Source: a virus. From it: a DNA stretch of 64,000 bases. The stretch covers positions 42,689-106,688 of IMG/VR virus record IMGVR_UViG_3300031715_000001, one strand, 5' to 3'. This document shows, in pieces, positions 31,401-38,147 of the stretch. The first letter of the stretch is position 1, and each line of letters opens with the position of its first letter. Both the position numbers and the translations under genes were made by a program. The notes beneath the pieces are model-generated. The model was not told the DNA's origin and did not search any database. It worked only from the letters and a program-made list of their open reading frames with translations.

Positions 31401-31925
31401 CGTACTGGAGACCGTTCCACGTGCCACGTCGGGAGCAGTGATCGGAGTTTCCCCGGCCACTTCCCAGCCAGTGTTAGAGACCGGTGATTCTGACGCGACG
31501 TCCCAGACAGCAGAACTGCTTTCTTTGTTCGCTTGGAAAGCTGCTAATTTCTCACGATCGACGGAGGAGAGCTTGGCAGTTCTGTTCGCGCCCAGCGACT
31601 TCTCCGCGTCCCGAATGTACTGCTCGGTATCGTTTTCAGACGGCGGCGCGTAGGAGTTGATATAGTCGCCGAGCGTGTCCCCTTTGTCCGCCCTGGACTG
31701 GATGTGCTGCCGGAGCGCCTCGTAGCCCGACTCAGGGGAATCGAATTTCGCAAAGCTTCCATTCTGGGTTGCACCGGGTTGTTTAGCATACTCCAAATTT
31801 CCTGGGTTGTTGTTCTGGTAGGCCAACTGGACGCGGTTCGGCTGTCCGGGCGCGACGGGAGGAATCGTCACGCTCGCGCTAGGAGCAAGGTCCTGTTCTT
31901 CTTCTACTTCCCAAGCTACGGGCAT
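22470..31925 (-). CDS. giant polyvalent DNA-ejection (internal virion) protein, P22 gp16 position
   Basis: 3151 aa, third gene of the ejection cluster; NNPGNL lysozyme-like N-domain, histidine-phosphatase-like domain, FtsK-gamma domain, 2H phosphoesterase (HIT/HVT), EELHH metallopeptidase-like motif. Confidence 0.8.
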   Translation of the reverse strand: MPVAWEVEEEQDLAPSASVTIPPVAPGQPNRVQLAYQNNNPGNLEYAKQPGATQNGSFAKFDSPESGYEALRQHIQSRADKGDTLGDYINSYAPPSENDTEQYIRDAEKSLGANRTAKLSSVDREKLAAFQANKESSSAVWDVASESPVSNTGWEVAGETPITAPDVARGTVSSTAIPPTTPLTVPPGLTTAQPEPGSVPALPTPPAPGELQTPADAKARAIANNAPLFINPRTGARYYGDDTGTGPLGVLDAPVQGVEQIARGAEQMAEPLSRRAPIVAGPSSIVPAQPPPVSPSEQEQLTRQFAGGVGNVLGGAMKAGTPAMVGEGVIAPVEAAIALGLGTASTEATHALLKKLDVPEEYDEVASTLAGLVGAAGGGVITGIPGMIRNAQFRAALKDFLQNKVNREYAERQAQERAAMAPKQIAGPAPEAPPTPPAGEIPPPGVPPVQPAGGAAPDLSVAPEDFLKTPAAATSPAPSALSPGSSFELPSGTYTVTKSDNTGVQFDQKLPDGSVVPGQRLPLSLFTKLAAKATNVSPSNGRDQELQQSGAVPESQPGSVQPPVEDQRPAGLRGLPVETGGGPGSAQPEPPPPAQGADTAGSVRRVTGSADIPLSSQGEQQASELASKLSKPFDQVITGTDDRLVDTAKNFSDSPTQVPAFDGWARGEDEGKPVDQVADKVSSLMLNPDSKPEGVSPISGEPGQSFNQFKLPTLQNFDQVEKNLPPQGRALVVLTGGGLQIVDAWKKAGSPSDFQFDHAEMAKKPYWSATGQLFKSTDKGLQKVSDDAEPGVYLTEHAATSFNPPKSVKAQPEATPLPKEVSLPAPTLPEAEEARYPEALQVVREAGKASPSILQRKLRMGYGQAARMLDRMEKEGIIGPADGSKPRELLKPAATSETPSSLPAAGPEPQVEKLQYRSKGNDKIDVHIGNHPGKGWQVAGNFNLQGQAGGHLGTSGFDKFYPTREEAIQEFLKSATRPQNALTAKLPSDVPEKTAKRQQAMIDWIKKLQPEPTAAAKPPAAEPLKVREGSRYEGEENPPEALFEGARDQYVGHANAARNLEEALRNPKLTPKRKKELEASLANARQMAAATLNEIVDAFGQEGADKATEARAAAQASVGQQNAPTEKKAHDYSSTQVNLPQQFADAFRKAAAKIPDSDLAEDGRETEPHITVFYGLHTNEPADVQKLIADQGPIKANIGRISIFPASKQHPDYDVLKLAVDSEGLKRLNKKLSKLPNGNEFPEYKPHVTIAYVKAGEGKKYAGRAVPGLTGKQIEFDRVHFMPKTGERTDIPLGAQASSAAATPGRQQEPQKSKTGEKNESKPTEVVPQRPAHPPTEATPSETSEAGGSKGAQPGPSSPRASTSSISERGTEGPTSAPAGEGTETERAKGESAKTVKSASGLTNDQVEDLRHAANDAFVAKAKELGLEVEGPSKSQSFLTREPNGKTWLWGAIHGNGRTLVPSAWTPLNISAMRQQPITTTREKPTKATAKKSKPVPPLIARRREFYTPGNVIFSGYWHTYDKVLAYDEKPGGGWTLTEQRVNEDGSPIAGEQPRTHSTPPDKGSRIVSRASVTQPTDYLAPKSPSALEGAPAPEQPKMPERAAPSVQKKEQQAMAAAPKPDEVPGTAASPGLVRTWIESLEERLKRGKPASQEYGNLLEEAEEYRASANLQTPSNYEYADQVIRDGHIRRNDALAKQKQKVPEAKKKGPPIEVKASTVTFGKEKAENGRKVFTAYGVDAEGKPTGERVDLRQSRNISDGWDVERKYYDTPPGEANKYGRQETEIVGAGYPKAEARAVAEAFLKGEPSPFAKAEAGLPMSEYKPGSGKIEDPGDSRFGFNGPIPFKGGVWHTNGHILVEGAPPKYWTPSEVERKGPDISKVIPNKGGKTVTPVGFYKQGAHEYVVFSNGGVMDSGYFDYLNKAHKPDKWTAIATNEAFQAHKGSKLVGLVMPIRNDAVPEKLRSLTALASEPVSIEGSRIPHLPEDVRNAQYISEAPNGFHARRAVIEPIPIGPQYHDLAVAYLGNQSAMELVARAGNKTQDSIPFTHAALHISPRDTFVLSRNLGRLFPHNAPEPVRRLREMLDSAGPAGKSFILVSDSPAMDQHRDTAFTEELHHALQATLQGTATKHFGESLSRFTGSPVYEKAALHLSRTYSDLAPDSPEQATEVAVRLMRPQGYQELGLSVPDARSLAAQYVRTLRREYGSKAPGRIAREVFSAFGPERAPSESQELPGGPATERGEGPSGSSGPDISAYRPEESSFSDEQPRPGPDESPTTTDREVRPRKTRDVVPGKRGERGSAPALGDLIQTGYEGARGGNYSVRGAVESSLIRGLGQTKRASPPVHEAMLRGASPEARSAAIIRASLPLMRKALEGTGVPVESLFLYYVDSRLQGIRDRWQDFANQAQKLTDEQMEKDFSGGGEEGSMSQDFVDMLDNLQGRAGMPENPAQIASALVEQKRWEDLRNYLWPLFETAANNVRPAMDTDHFDHIRDQIKTNPKVKEADRIYGERIEHPIAQNHALNEGVFTTALGPAGRYFPLLAAEEGKPTFFEKLGFKKPGNSRNVMATGLSKKGYVVDIERFRQALARDLSQGGRASVIQAAYDAGLMKKVPRSSSVDTDTFLWRGKEYPTKKVTVTPPRMVIKQGEKSFYTQAVQAYMPKWFYDEIKDVVDKDSRPEPGAIHRALQMVNTFALQGPADMTFHSANLVGALIANTPFLSSSLGGMLASSNILTKKFQALGMLATTDPTKEEAVQAFQEMADAGALPTRYASVTYSKELAKLTGAKLVRYSLSPMLYGPKGIDARARYIMWRVAKAINPNVSPQELNEFVNQLGNYTPALWSDLEKHVKAFPFSPFYTAGSTMIRNGVNAMFSSGPTITPGEGKAPWVPKNKAQLRLWHALTAGILGTLGVWFLLSKELTGKYPWEDKRSKFLSIPVGSGAGRIDKFRHSTLGNTLWGKGPEVGYVNVYAFNPLIRRGAMALGVPGAYQTLMERGTGGQAREAGMRDIVNTFSHPVLGPLPRAAVTATLSKEPYLTGFRDRSGKLAPELMSAIPDKTPAGWPTTWRTALAAAAQLNAFANSIGDIAGLQGNEKREQEAARVKVGPVKINATAVLNNVLNMSIVGTGLIGNSTNPFAAEHVLQQQRAATASSR

Positions 31926-31933
31926 TTAGTTTT

Positions 31934-33463
31934 TTACTGACCGGGTTGGTCGAGTCTGACCTGCTTGCCACCCTGAAGCGTCCAGGTCTGGCCATTCTTG
32001 AACTTCGTCGCCACTCCCTCTTTGAGGACAGAAGCGGGCGGCGCTTGACTTGTGGCCGCCGGTGTTCCGGCCGGAGCCTGGCTGGGCGACTGGATAGCCG
32101 GGGTATATTTTCCCCACCCGTGGCGTTTCAGAATCTCATCTTGCTGGTTGTTCAGAATCTGCGCTCGCTGGTCGATGCCGTTCATGAGCGTGGTGGCATC
32201 GTCGATCGGCATGTCGCGATTGGTCTTGGGATCTTTAATCGTGTCCTGACCGTCGGCGGACGCCTTCTGAATTCGGTTCTTGTACTGCGCTTTCAGTTGC
32301 CAGAGTTGCGCTTCCTGGCCCTGCAGCGTCTTCTGTAGTTGCGCCTGACGCTCGTCGTCGCGCGATTGGATCATCTGCTGATTGGCTGACGCGCCCGAAG
32401 TTCCTTTCGCCTTCTGTTGCAGCGCCAATGCGTTGGCCGCCGACTGGCGCACTTCCGGAGTTTGCGTCGGATCGCTCGCAAGCACGGCCAGGGCTCCAGG
32501 AGTGGTCCCAGCGCGTTGGGTCATGGCGTCGGCGCGCTGCTTTTGTACGTCCCGTGAGGTCCGTTGATTCGAGTTGAGCGGTACTTCCTGAATCTTCGCG
32601 GCCGTTGCCTGGCCCTGCGGCGTTGACGGGTCGAAGGTCTGGAAATTCTGGAAGAACGGTTTTACCGCTGGATCCAGATTTTCGAGCCATTCGGAATGCT
32701 GTTCCTGGTTGGTGACTCCCAGGTGCTCGGCGGCGGCGTTCTCTTTCTTCTGCTGTAGCGCGTAAGCATCGTTCCCGGCGGCATACTTCTTCTCGATACC
32801 GAGCCGCTCTTTGGCCTGCGCTTGCGCATCCACGTCCTTGTCCCAAGCGGCGAGCGCCCCGACATGCGCTAGGTGAGACCGGAGCGTAGTGTCGGACAAA
32901 TCTCCCGGTTGTGCGGGATAGTCCGGGTCGTTCTCGCCGATGAACTTTTGATCAAGTAGCGTTTGACGCAATCCGGGATAGGCGCCTGCACGCTGCTCGG
33001 CCGGAAGCGAGAGTAGGCTCTGTCCCGCGTTCGCCAGGGCCGTATTCCTAAGCGCGTTGTTTTCCTGTTGGATCTTGGGGAGTTCCAGTTGCTGCTTGAT
33101 GTAGGCCTGTTGGTAATCCTGAATCGGCTTCCAATTCCTGGGCTTGATCTGGGGTTGTACGTCTGCCTGGAAACCGTTCCAATCAGTCGTGCCGTCGGGT
33201 TTCTGGAAACGCGCCATCGAGTCCTGGATGGTCTGCTGATCGGCCTGGTCCTCTTGCGCCTTTTGTAGGTTCAGTTGGAATTCCTGACCTTGCGTCCCAC
33301 TGTTTTGCACCTGGTTGGCGAGAGCCTGGGCGCGCAAGGGACCTTCGGCTACCTGTTGACGCAATAATGCCGCACGATTAGCCGTCTCCGCTATAATCGC
33401 CGGATCGGTGATGTCGGGAGGCTTTATTCCTGTGGCAATTATGGATGGATCAAGAAGTGGCAT
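31934..33463 (-). CDS. DNA ejection/transfer protein (P22 gp20 position)
   Basis: Gln/Ala-rich helical 509-aa protein between the gp7-like and giant ejection genes; C-terminal FKNGQTWTL motif. Confidence 0.6.
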   Translation of the reverse strand: MPLLDPSIIATGIKPPDITDPAIIAETANRAALLRQQVAEGPLRAQALANQVQNSGTQGQEFQLNLQKAQEDQADQQTIQDSMARFQKPDGTTDWNGFQADVQPQIKPRNWKPIQDYQQAYIKQQLELPKIQQENNALRNTALANAGQSLLSLPAEQRAGAYPGLRQTLLDQKFIGENDPDYPAQPGDLSDTTLRSHLAHVGALAAWDKDVDAQAQAKERLGIEKKYAAGNDAYALQQKKENAAAEHLGVTNQEQHSEWLENLDPAVKPFFQNFQTFDPSTPQGQATAAKIQEVPLNSNQRTSRDVQKQRADAMTQRAGTTPGALAVLASDPTQTPEVRQSAANALALQQKAKGTSGASANQQMIQSRDDERQAQLQKTLQGQEAQLWQLKAQYKNRIQKASADGQDTIKDPKTNRDMPIDDATTLMNGIDQRAQILNNQQDEILKRHGWGKYTPAIQSPSQAPAGTPAATSQAPPASVLKEGVATKFKNGQTWTLQGGKQVRLDQPGQ

Positions 33464-33494
33464 TTAAAAAAGAATGAAGGTCTCAGACTTGGAA

Positions 33495-34020
33495 CGTTTC
33501 GTGCCGAACTGAGGTTTCGGCACGTTGGGCTAGCGCGTTCCGGCGTTCTATCCGTTTGTTTCGCCAGTGGTAATAACGCCAGCGACAGTGCAGAATGAGC
33601 GAAGAAAGCGAACGCTCAGTATATTCGCTGCACCCGATTTGAATCGAACTTGTGGTTGTTTTCTGGTCGACATACCACTGCCGCCAGACGATATGACCAT
33701 CCGCCCTCTTGCGAACGTCGAGGTGCGAAGGAAAGTCCTCCAATCGGCACATGATCGGAGGGTCAGCTTCCTTCGGGCATATTCGGATAAACAGGCAGAG
33801 TACGACGTTTCGGTAGATATTCCCGGTCGAGGCTTCCGTACAGTCGCCACGCTTCCGTTCGCCGGAATCGTAAAGCCCGACCGAAAGACCGTCTTCGTCG
33901 TAATGTGCAGTAAGTCGCTGAATGTCAGGTCCGTGCATCGCAAGTCTCCTGGCCGATAACCGGACTGCCCGGTTAGCGGTCCGATGTGCTCTGCGCCCGT
34001 TTACAGGAGGGCGCAAGACG
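33495..34020. mobile_element. hairpin-flanked cassette C (left 33495-33531, right 33956-34020)
   Basis: Left CGTTT-cgtgccg-aactgaggttt-cggcacg-TTGGG; right ATAACCGGACTG...tgcgccc-gtttacagga-gggcgca-AGACG. Confidence 0.7.
33548..33943 (-). CDS. cassette C cargo, hypothetical protein
   Basis: AGGAG RBS immediately before a TTG start just inside the right hairpin end; alternative frames exist. Confidence 0.45.
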   Translation of the reverse strand: MRCTDLTFSDLLHITTKTVFRSGFTIPANGSVATVRKPRPGISTETSYSACLSEYARRKLTLRSCADWRTFLRTSTFARGRMVISSGGSGMSTRKQPQVRFKSGAANILSVRFLRSFCTVAGVITTGETNG

Positions 34021-34028
34021 GAAGAAAG

Positions 34029-35027
34029 TTATGGGGTTCCAGTCGGGCTATAAGATCCCGCAGGAGGTGGTGCTGCTGTTCCATTTACTCCCCCACCAGG
34101 TATGAGTAAAGTGTTTCCGCTGTTGCCAGGCATTCCGTATACCACGCGATTGGCGGCATTGGTGATTCCGCCCAAGGCCGTGTTTAAAGCATTGGTCTGC
34201 CCGATCACACCCGCGCCTTGTGCGGCCGCTCCGCCCTCTAAAGCTTGCCCGGCGATCTGGGCCGCCTGCAGGCCTGTGTTGCCGGCGTAGGTCGCGGCGC
34301 TCGTGGTGTTGGCTGCGATTTTCCCCGCCGTGTTCTGTACGTTCGTATTCTGGAGCTGCCCGGTGTTTCCGATGTCGGTGTTGACCAGGCCGGTCGCCTG
34401 CAGTCCGCTTCCAGAGAGATTCTGGAGTCCCGAGATCTGCGAGAGCACGTTTTGACGGTTGGTGTTGTACTCCGATAGTGCATTATTGAAATCGGCTTGG
34501 TAGTTGGTGGCCGCCAGGCTATTGGCGAGCCGTGATGTTTCCCTCGTCGCTCCACCGGTGAGCAGTCCACCCGACGCCGCCTGGCTCCGCTGCAAGGCTT
34601 GCTGTTGCTGCTGGACCTCATAGTTATAACCGGGATTGGCGGGATTATTGGTTAGATCATTCGCGGTAAAGCTGAACTGATTCGACGGTGCGGTCAGTGA
34701 GCTGAGCGCGGCCTGCAGCCCCGTGGTGGCTGTCTGTCCGGCCTGGACATAAGGATTGACCGCCGCGATCTGATTGGTGAGGGCGCTGCTTAATGTCGCG
34801 TTGCCCGTATCGGACGCCGCCTGTAGTCCGGTGTTCGCGGCTCCGGTTGCTGTGTTGACGCCCGCCGCCGCGGTTCCGGCCGCCGCTGTAGCCTGCTGAC
34901 CGACCTGTTGCGCCGCTTGAGTCTGGATCTGGGCGGCTTTCGCGGCGCCCTTGCCGCCGAAGATACCCCCGAGCAGGCTTCCGCCCGCGCCAATCGCACC
35001 AGCAGTGACGGCCCCCCCAAGCGGCAT
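34029..35027 (-). CDS. DNA ejection/pilot protein (P22 gp7-like)
   Basis: Gly/Ala-rich N-terminus (GAGGSLLGGIFGGKGAAKAAQIQ); NPYVQAGQTA and NPGY...AASGGLLTG motifs. Confidence 0.8.
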   Translation of the reverse strand: MPLGGAVTAGAIGAGGSLLGGIFGGKGAAKAAQIQTQAAQQVGQQATAAAGTAAAGVNTATGAANTGLQAASDTGNATLSSALTNQIAAVNPYVQAGQTATTGLQAALSSLTAPSNQFSFTANDLTNNPANPGYNYEVQQQQQALQRSQAASGGLLTGGATRETSRLANSLAATNYQADFNNALSEYNTNRQNVLSQISGLQNLSGSGLQATGLVNTDIGNTGQLQNTNVQNTAGKIAANTTSAATYAGNTGLQAAQIAGQALEGGAAAQGAGVIGQTNALNTALGGITNAANRVVYGMPGNSGNTLLIPGGGVNGTAAPPPAGSYSPTGTP

Positions 35028-35030
35028 TGT

Positions 35031-35498
35031 TTAATTAATCTCCATCGGTCGGGACAGCCCAACAATAATCAAATCTTGAAGTCGGCCATGTTTCATAAAC
35101 GAGCGTGGGTGTACGCCGACGATTTCCATGCCCGAAGCCTTGGCAAACGCTAAAGCAGCGCGGTTACTCGCCACGATCGTTCCAATCAGTCTTTGGCATT
35201 TGGTTTCGCCCCAGATCCATTCCCTGAATTCCCTTGCGGCCCTACGCGCTCTTCGTCCCCAGGCTGAAGGGAGAAAGGCTTCGTGCAGTTCCCACATCAC
35301 GTGAGAATGTTTGGCGACCATGAATAATCCGATCAGCTCGGGACCGTCTTTGACCAGCACGTACTTCAGTAATTCGTGCTCGGGCGGTTCCCATTCGGAA
35401 GCCGGCGGCGCGAAATCATCGTGCATGTGTTCGTAGAGTTTGGGGTGTGTCAGTATGCTCTTGAGGATCTTTGGATCGGCGCAAACCTCGAAAGTCAT
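35031..35498 (-). CDS. GNAT-fold protein (P22 gp14/DUF2824-like)
   Basis: WELHEAFLPSAWGR...NRAALAFAKASGM GNAT motifs; conserved position just upstream of the gp7-like gene. Confidence 0.7.
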   Translation of the reverse strand: MTFEVCADPKILKSILTHPKLYEHMHDDFAPPASEWEPPEHELLKYVLVKDGPELIGLFMVAKHSHVMWELHEAFLPSAWGRRARRAAREFREWIWGETKCQRLIGTIVASNRAALAFAKASGMEIVGVHPRSFMKHGRLQDLIIVGLSRPMEIN

Positions 35499-35979
35499 TC
35501 GCGGTGATACTCACTGTCAGGTATGGGACGAGCTGGCCCGCGCGCCAGGAGCTGCCCGGCATATCGCAGTCTTTAGCGGCCAGCTTGGCCAGGAATTTCG
35601 CGATCGCGATATTGTCCGAGAAGAATTCGGCGTAAACGCGCTCGACGCCCGCCTCAAACCCGCGCTTCAAAACCTCGAAGACAGCTTCGAGCGGAAGTCC
35701 CGAACCGTGCACCTCTCTGGTGAAACAGATGCCACGGAACCAGGCCACGGGCTTCCCTTGAATCTCCATGCGCTGGTATCCGATGGCTCCGATCGGCAGG
35801 CTATCCCAGAAGACCAGATAAAGGTCCCAGCCACGCTCTTTTCTCCGCTCCATCTCTTCGGTGAACTCGATGTAACTCTTCGGTCCATGGTCGGAGAAGT
35901 TAAACTCCGGGAATTCTTGCATCCATTCCCAAAGGGTTGTGTAATACCACGATGGAAAGGGTGTCACTAATCGAATCAT
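35416..35979 (-). CDS. GNAT family acetyltransferase
   Basis: PIGAIGY...REVHGSGL...DNIAIAKFLAKL acetyl-CoA-binding motifs. Confidence 0.65.
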   Translation of the reverse strand: MIRLVTPFPSWYYTTLWEWMQEFPEFNFSDHGPKSYIEFTEEMERRKERGWDLYLVFWDSLPIGAIGYQRMEIQGKPVAWFRGICFTREVHGSGLPLEAVFEVLKRGFEAGVERVYAEFFSDNIAIAKFLAKLAAKDCDMPGSSWRAGQLVPYLTVSITANDFRGLRRSKDPQEHTDTPQTLRTHAR

Positions 35980-36053
35980 TTAGGTTATGGTGCGTCTTGC
36001 GCCCTCCTGTCAACGGGCGCAATGGAGAGGGGATGGTTTACCCGGCGGTCCGT

Positions 36054-36335
36054 TTATTGTGCGGCGGCCGCAACACCGGAGTAAGGCACGGCCCGGAGCG
36101 CGAATCCCAGTTCAGGAAACAGTTTCTCCTTCACGGCTTCCGCATCCAACTTGCGCGCGAAGCGCAGCGCATCGGCTCGCACTCGCGTAAAGGAATCCTT
36201 CTTCAAGCCGCATCCGGACCAGTACACTTGATCGCCTTCGATAATCCAGCCGAGTTCGGCCCCAGGGGCGAAAGGCGGCTCATAAGGCGCTGGCTTCTTA
36301 GCGGCGCGCTTTCTCTTTGCGGGTTTCTTTGTCAT
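36054..36335 (-). CDS. cassette D cargo 1, basic hypothetical protein
   Basis: MTKKPAKRKR...; its stop TAA lies in the element's inner motif. Confidence 0.5.
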   Translation of the reverse strand: MTKKPAKRKRAAKKPAPYEPPFAPGAELGWIIEGDQVYWSGCGLKKDSFTRVRADALRFARKLDAEAVKEKLFPELGFALRAVPYSGVAAAAQ

Positions 36336-36362
36336 TGGCTCGAATCCTGGATAATAGTCAGC

Positions 36363-36695
36363 ATGGCTGATTGTGAAAACTGCGCTGTTCTCCAGGCTCG
36401 AATTGACAACCTTTTGACCCTTCTCCAGGAGCAAATAGCGAAACTTGGAGACCAAACGCTAAAGAGCCCTTCCTGGGAAAGGAGAATGCGGATATTAAAG
36501 GCTGTCATGAACAATGACGCACCGGAGCGCGGTCAGCTTAGAGAAGACTTAGTGAGGGCGGTTGCTGATCGTGACATGAGTCATATCTTCCACGAATCCT
36601 TAGCGATAGCTGTCGTTGCGGCGCATGAACTCGGCATGACGCCGGAGCACCTCTACAAAGCTGTAAGGCCAATGTGGGAGGCCGAGCATAGATAA
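36363..36695 (+). CDS. cassette D cargo 2, CxxC coiled-coil hypothetical protein
   Basis: MADCENCAVLQARIDNLL...; its stop is the TAA of the ATAACC motif. Confidence 0.55.
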   Translation: MADCENCAVLQARIDNLLTLLQEQIAKLGDQTLKSPSWERRMRILKAVMNNDAPERGQLREDLVRAVADRDMSHIFHESLAIAVVAAHELGMTPEHLYKAVRPMWEAEHR

Positions 36696-36774
36696 CCGAA
36701 CTGCTCGGGCGAAGATCGCCTTTTGATTGCGTGCGGGTTCCAGGAGCACGCAAGGCGTACCAGAACCTAAATAT

Positions 36775-37269
36775 TTATTGGCTCATGTCCTGCAACACCG
36801 TTCCGTCGTACAGCAGATCGATGATCCCGCCCACTCCATAAGCTGTTGCGATATTCAAGGCCGGATTGAAGTGCGACCGTATTGGGATTGCCGGGCCGTC
36901 GTTGTACGCGCACGAATTCACGCCGACCTGCAAGGTATGGGCGAGCTTGATCCGGAACTCGACACCCACCGCCAGAACAGGTCCAGAGCCTTCGGGACAC
37001 GCGATTGCGTTATTCGCGCCCGTCTCGGTGAGGATCACATGCGGGAACTCGGTGAGCCCGGTCACCGTCTGGTCGACCATCAGGAGCAACTGGTAAAGCG
37101 ACATCACCACTTGGTGCACGCGGTCGATGTACTGATACCACGGGATGCTGAAGACGTTCTCGGTAAGAGTACTCTTCGGGTCAGTCGATGGCGCGAGGAC
37201 TTGATCCTCGTAATTAGGCATCGGAGTCAATTGAATGACTGTACCCGGTGTGATTGCAGTAGTACTCAT
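36775..37269 (-). CDS. virion structural protein (downstream of gp10-like gene)
   Basis: 164-aa ORF in the operon direction; FSIPWYQYI and IDLLYDGT motifs resembling fibre-like modules. Confidence 0.55.
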   Translation of the reverse strand: MSTTAITPGTVIQLTPMPNYEDQVLAPSTDPKSTLTENVFSIPWYQYIDRVHQVVMSLYQLLLMVDQTVTGLTEFPHVILTETGANNAIACPEGSGPVLAVGVEFRIKLAHTLQVGVNSCAYNDGPAIPIRSHFNPALNIATAYGVGGIIDLLYDGTVLQDMSQ

Positions 37270-37381
37270 CTCAAGTATTCAATGATCTTTGGGGGTTCAC
37301 GCTTGTCTCAGCACGCGAGGAGAGACTGGGCTTTGGTTCGTGCGCGCTCCGGGCCGTTGGGATTAAGATTGAGCTATCGAC

Positions 37382-37711
37382 GTGGTTCGGATGACTCCCA
37401 CACACAACCCGGTCGCAAATGTGGCCGTGCTCGCTGGCAACTTCGTTCAGTTCGAATGGTACGTGAAAGAGTATATCCGGGACTCGCCTAAGATCGAAGT
37501 GGCCTACTTCCACGGCTTTTCCGTCCAGGTGGGAGACCGTCGCTTTATCTACGCCAGCGACCGATACCGAATCGTTGGGCTTCCGTTGGACGACGTGGTC
37601 TGTGTCGGAACGTGGTATGAGAACCCAGACGCCATCGAAATCAAGAACACTGCCGAGCTGTACCGACGGAGACCTATCGCCTCTTCCCCAATAAACGAAC
37701 CGCTCGGTTAA
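37382..37711 (+). CDS. antisense cargo, hypothetical protein
   Basis: 109-aa ORF between a degenerate element (~37331-37363) and an inner motif (CAGTTCCGTTTAT, ~37719-37732). Confidence 0.55.
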   Translation: MVRMTPTHNPVANVAVLAGNFVQFEWYVKEYIRDSPKIEVAYFHGFSVQVGDRRFIYASDRYRIVGLPLDDVVCVGTWYENPDAIEIKNTAELYRRRPIASSPINEPLG

Positions 37712-37729
37712 GCGCACGAGCAGTTCCGT

Positions 37730-38023
37730 TTATCGGCCCGGAATCGGGTTCCATCCGCAGGGCTCCTTGCATTCCACAATCGTGATGGTCTTCCAGTGTT
37801 GTCCTAATTCGCGCTTTACAAGATTCACCACTTGTCGCGGCGAATCGCACCATGTGACACCTCCGAAGCCAGGAGAATCCATGAGCACCTCGTATCGTCG
37901 GCTCGGCCTTGATCCAGGGCCAATCGGCAGTGCCCAAGCTCCCATCATCAACAGGAGTGCGGCAAGGGTGGCGAAGAAAACCTGCCGATAAACGGACCGG
38001 CCGATCGAAGACTTGATCTTCAT
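37730..38023 (-). CDS. cargo, small membrane or secreted protein
   Basis: Hydrophobic segment VFFATLAALLLMMGAWAL; stop TAA falls in the inner motif. Confidence 0.4.
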   Translation of the reverse strand: MKIKSSIGRSVYRQVFFATLAALLLMMGAWALPIGPGSRPSRRYEVLMDSPGFGGVTWCDSPRQVVNLVKRELGQHWKTITIVECKEPCGWNPIPGR

Positions 38024-38120
38024 TGCGCCCGTCGGCCAGAAGCGAAGATGGGTGCCCCTGCTTATCCGCAGGACAAGGCCGGGTATCCAGGATGCGAGTG
38101 GACGAGGAGGGCGCAAAACG
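37988..38120 (-). repeat. long-loop hairpin element, right end of cassette E
   Basis: ATAAACGGACCG...tgcgccc-(78-nt loop closely similar to that at 19261-19335)-gggcgca-AAACG. Confidence 0.8.
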
Positions 38121-38147
38121 GAAATATGGTATACCATACTTCACTTC

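Larger units (their letters stand above)
35993..36757. mobile_element. hairpin-flanked cassette D with two divergent cargo genes (left 35993-36057, right 36692-36757)
   Basis: Left CGTCT-tgcgccc-tcctgtcaac-gggcgca...CGGTCCGTTTAT; right ATAACCGAACTG...tgcgtgc-gggttccagga-gcacgca-AGGCG. Confidence 0.7.
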
